A DNA stretch of 64,000 nt from Candidatus Nanopelagicales bacterium (GTDB lineage Bacteria; Actinomycetota; Actinomycetes; S36-B12; UBA5976), in assembly GCA_044343935.1 (NCBI GenBank), contig JBIJDU010000002.1:11251-75250 (forward strand), read 5' to 3'. The notes under the pieces are model-generated. The model made no database searches, had not been told where the DNA came from, and saw only the letters and a list, made by a program, of their open reading frames with translations. Below, one piece after another: positions 61,744-64,000 of the stretch (position 1 is the stretch's first letter; each line of letters opens with the position of its first letter). A program made the translations under genes and the position numbers.

Positions 61744-63267
61744 ATGACTAATTTGCCTTACTTATCAATGTTAATTTTGCTGCCGTTGCTCGGCTCGCTT
61801 TTGGTGTTTGCTATTCCAGCAGCGTTAGGTGCGGCCCGTATTAAATCTGTCGCACTTGGCTTTTCTTTGCTCACCTTTGTGCTGTATGTATTTGCTGGTC
61901 TGCAATTTGAGTTAGGCACTAATGATCAATTCCAATTGGTAGAGAACTATGAATGGATTGGCGCGTTTGGTGTTAGCTGGTCCGTTGGTGTAGATGGCCT
62001 GGGATTAGTAATGCTTGGACTAGTTTCTATCTTGGTACCAGTTGTGCTGCTAGCAGCATGGCGCGATGTCACAGATGAAGCCGCTGGAAAGTTCTTTGCG
62101 CTGGTGCTGATGTTGCAATCTTTTGTAACTGCTGTGTTTGTTGCAACTGATCTGTTTATGTTCTATGTATTCTTTGAAGTAATGCTAATTCCAATGTATT
62201 TCCTAATTGGTCGATATGGCAACGCTGATCGACGTAAAGCAGCTGTTAAATTCTTAATCTTCTCGTTAGTTGGTGGCTTGGTACTGTTAGCTGGCGTAAT
62301 TAGCGTTTGGGTGCAGAGTATTCAGATAACTGGTTTTGGTTCATTCGGTTTGGAATATCTAGCTAACCTTGATTTAAGCATTGAATCACAGCGCTGGCTA
62401 TTTGCCGCCTTCTTCTTTGCCTTTGCCATTAAGGCACCATTAGTTCCGCTGCATTCTTGGCTGCCAGATGCTGCTGGCTCATCAAGTCCAGCGGTAGCGG
62501 TGTTGCTAATCGGAATTCTGGACAAAGTTGGCACTTACGGCATGCTGCGCTTTTTGTTACCAATTTTCCCAGACGCATCAGTTGAATTAGCCCCAATTGC
62601 ATTAACGCTTGCAGTTTTGAGCATTTTCTATGGCGCTGTGATGGCAATTGGTTCGCGCGACATGAAGCGATTAATGGCTTATGTCTCTATTTCACACTTT
62701 GGTTTTATTGTGCTTGGAATTTTTGCCTTCACCACGCAAGGCATCTCAGGTGCGATGTTCTACATGCTGTCACATGGCTTATCGACCGCGGCACTGTTTT
62801 TGGCTGCTGGCTACTTAATGCGCCGAACTTCAAGCAGCAATATTGATGATCATGCTGGTGCATTCCAAACCACACCACTGCTCGCGGGCTTTATCTTGTT
62901 TGGCGCACTTTCTTCAGTTGCGCTACCAGGACTTGCTAGCTTTATTGCTGAATTCACGGTATTGCTAGGAACGTTTGCCAGGTATCCAGTGCTAGCTGCA
63001 GTTGCAACATTAGGCATTGTGGTGGCGGCGGTTTATGCGCTCTGGTTGTATCAGCGAACTATGACTGGTCATCCATCTGATGCAGTAACTGGTATCAAGG
63101 ATATTTCAGGACGAGAAGTAATTGCACTCTCGCCAATTGTTGCCTTAACTATTGCGTTGGGATTTGTGCCACAACCAGCATTTGATATTTTGAACCCAAC
63201 TTCAGCGAAAGTGATGGAACAAGTAAATCAAGTAGACCCGGAAGCGCTTATTGAAGGTGGTAACTAA
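61744..63267 (+). CDS. nuoM: NADH-quinone oxidoreductase subunit M
   Basis: 507-aa antiporter-like subunit ('FYVFFEVMLIPMYFLIG', 'AIKAPLVPLHSWLPDA'). Confidence 0.95.
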   Translation: MTNLPYLSMLILLPLLGSLLVFAIPAALGAARIKSVALGFSLLTFVLYVFAGLQFELGTNDQFQLVENYEWIGAFGVSWSVGVDGLGLVMLGLVSILVPVVLLAAWRDVTDEAAGKFFALVLMLQSFVTAVFVATDLFMFYVFFEVMLIPMYFLIGRYGNADRRKAAVKFLIFSLVGGLVLLAGVISVWVQSIQITGFGSFGLEYLANLDLSIESQRWLFAAFFFAFAIKAPLVPLHSWLPDAAGSSSPAVAVLLIGILDKVGTYGMLRFLLPIFPDASVELAPIALTLAVLSIFYGAVMAIGSRDMKRLMAYVSISHFGFIVLGIFAFTTQGISGAMFYMLSHGLSTAALFLAAGYLMRRTSSSNIDDHAGAFQTTPLLAGFILFGALSSVALPGLASFIAEFTVLLGTFARYPVLAAVATLGIVVAAVYALWLYQRTMTGHPSDAVTGIKDISGREVIALSPIVALTIALGFVPQPAFDILNPTSAKVMEQVNQVDPEALIEGGN

Positions 63268-64000
63268 TGTTGATGCCAACTGAGGTTTTCATACAGCCTT
63301 CAATTGATTGGTTTGCGATCTCGCCATTTACAATTTTGTTGGCAGCGGGTGTGTTTTCATTACTGGTTGAGACGTTCGCGCCGCGAAGGTATCGACGACC
63401 ATTGCAGTTAACGCTCGTTTTTGGTGCACTAATTGCATCATTTGCTGCAGCCGCTATGTTGTTAGGAACCGAAACATTAACTGCCGGCGCTGCGGTTGCG
63501 ATTGACGGTCCAGGCGTAGTGTTACAGGCAACTATTGCGTTAGTTGCGCTGCTTGGTGCTGCAGGCTTAGCAGAAAACAAAGTTGATCCATCTGGTGATG
63601 CTTTTGCTGCCAGAGCATCAGCGATTCCTGGAAGTTCAGATGAGCGAGCATTCACCGCAGCTGGTTGGTACTCGACTGAAATCTGGACGCTTTTCCTGTT
63701 TGCGGTTGGTGGTATGCAGTTATTTGTGGTGGCAAACGATCTGCTAACTATGTTTATTGCACTTGAGGTAATGTCACTACCGCTTTATTTGATGGCAGGA
63801 ATGGCACGGCGACGCAGATTGCTTTCGCAAGAAGCAGCGCTGAAATATTTCGTGCTAGGCGCGTATGCCTCGGCTTTTTTCTTGTTTGGTTCCGCCTTAG
63901 TTTATGGCGCAACTGGCGCCATAAATTTTGATGATATTGCATCTGCTATTCCGGGTAGACCACAAACGGCAACGCTACTGATTACTGGTGTCATTCTGAT
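63267..64000 (+). CDS. nuoN: NADH-quinone oxidoreductase subunit N (5' part, truncated by the window end)
   Basis: Not in the ORF track because no stop lies in the window. The ATG at 63267 overlaps the nuoM TAA (TAATG). The translation 'MLMPTEVFIQPSIDWFAISP...MFIALEVMSLPLYLMAG...AALKYFVLGAYASAFFLFG' is typical of NuoN. Confidence 0.9.
   Translation, partial: MLMPTEVFIQPSIDWFAISPFTILLAAGVFSLLVETFAPRRYRRPLQLTLVFGALIASFAAAAMLLGTETLTAGAAVAIDGPGVVLQATIALVALLGAAGLAENKVDPSGDAFAARASAIPGSSDERAFTAAGWYSTEIWTLFLFAVGGMQLFVVANDLLTMFIALEVMSLPLYLMAGMARRRRLLSQEAALKYFVLGAYASAFFLFGSALVYGATGAINFDDIASAIPGRPQTATLLITGVIL

Noticed and set aside
1-64000. A mobile element, prophage, CRISPR array, defence island or other accessory novel system, as suggested by the prompt.
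   Set aside because: Every ORF above noise level is a housekeeping, respiratory or biosynthetic gene in conserved actinobacterial synteny. There are no integrase, transposase, Cas, restriction or toxin genes, no repeat arrays, no flanking tRNA or direct repeats, and no visible compositional shift. Claiming such a system would not be supported by the sequence.

Overview
This window is a very compact, almost gap-free stretch of core chromosome from an actinobacterium. It is visibly more AT-rich than typical Actinobacteria and looks genome-streamlined. A freshwater acI/Nanopelagicales-like lineage is my inference, not something I can prove from the sequence. Gene content and order are collinear with well-known Mycobacterium/Streptomyces blocks, in three parts. 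(i) Left part (121-15754): MpaB-like oxygenase, NfeD-SPFH pair, pirin, mmsA, S9 peptidase, thioredoxin/DUF4395, cation antiporter, typA, LMW-PTP, CopD/CtaG fusion and an H+-pyrophosphatase. (ii) 15921-33292: tilS-hpt-ftsH-folE-folP-folB-folK-DUF3180-panC-coaX-lysS, then an ArgA-like GNAT, ppc, clpC and radA. (iii) 33309-64000: ppx-proC-bS22-glutaredoxin-like-rex-hemD fusion-His phosphatase-resA-ccdA-resB-ccsB-DUF4229, a complete menaquinone cluster (menA, E, B, C, D, F, G), and nuoA through nuoN (nuoN truncated by the window end). About 25 gene junctions are 0-14 nt overlaps (ATGA/GTGA/TAATG), and the largest non-coding gaps are about 170 bp. I found no rRNA, tRNA, CRISPR array, IS/transposase, integrase, phage, toxin-antitoxin or defence-like gene, and no obvious compositional island. 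I therefore cannot support a claim of a novel multi-gene system here. The most interesting signal is a pattern of precise gene loss. hemA, hemC, hemB and hemL are missing from an otherwise perfectly conserved rex/hem/cytochrome-c-maturation block. The retained hemD fusion has a degenerate methyltransferase domain, while heme-consuming machinery is kept. This suggests heme auxotrophy. Secondary observations are a bS22 mini-ORF absent from the ORF track, an uncharacterised Cys/His-rich protein next to radA, missing panD/lsr2/disA relative to canonical synteny, a weak Rex-operator-like palindrome upstream of nuoA, structured or repetitive spacers, and two textbook bidirectional terminators.
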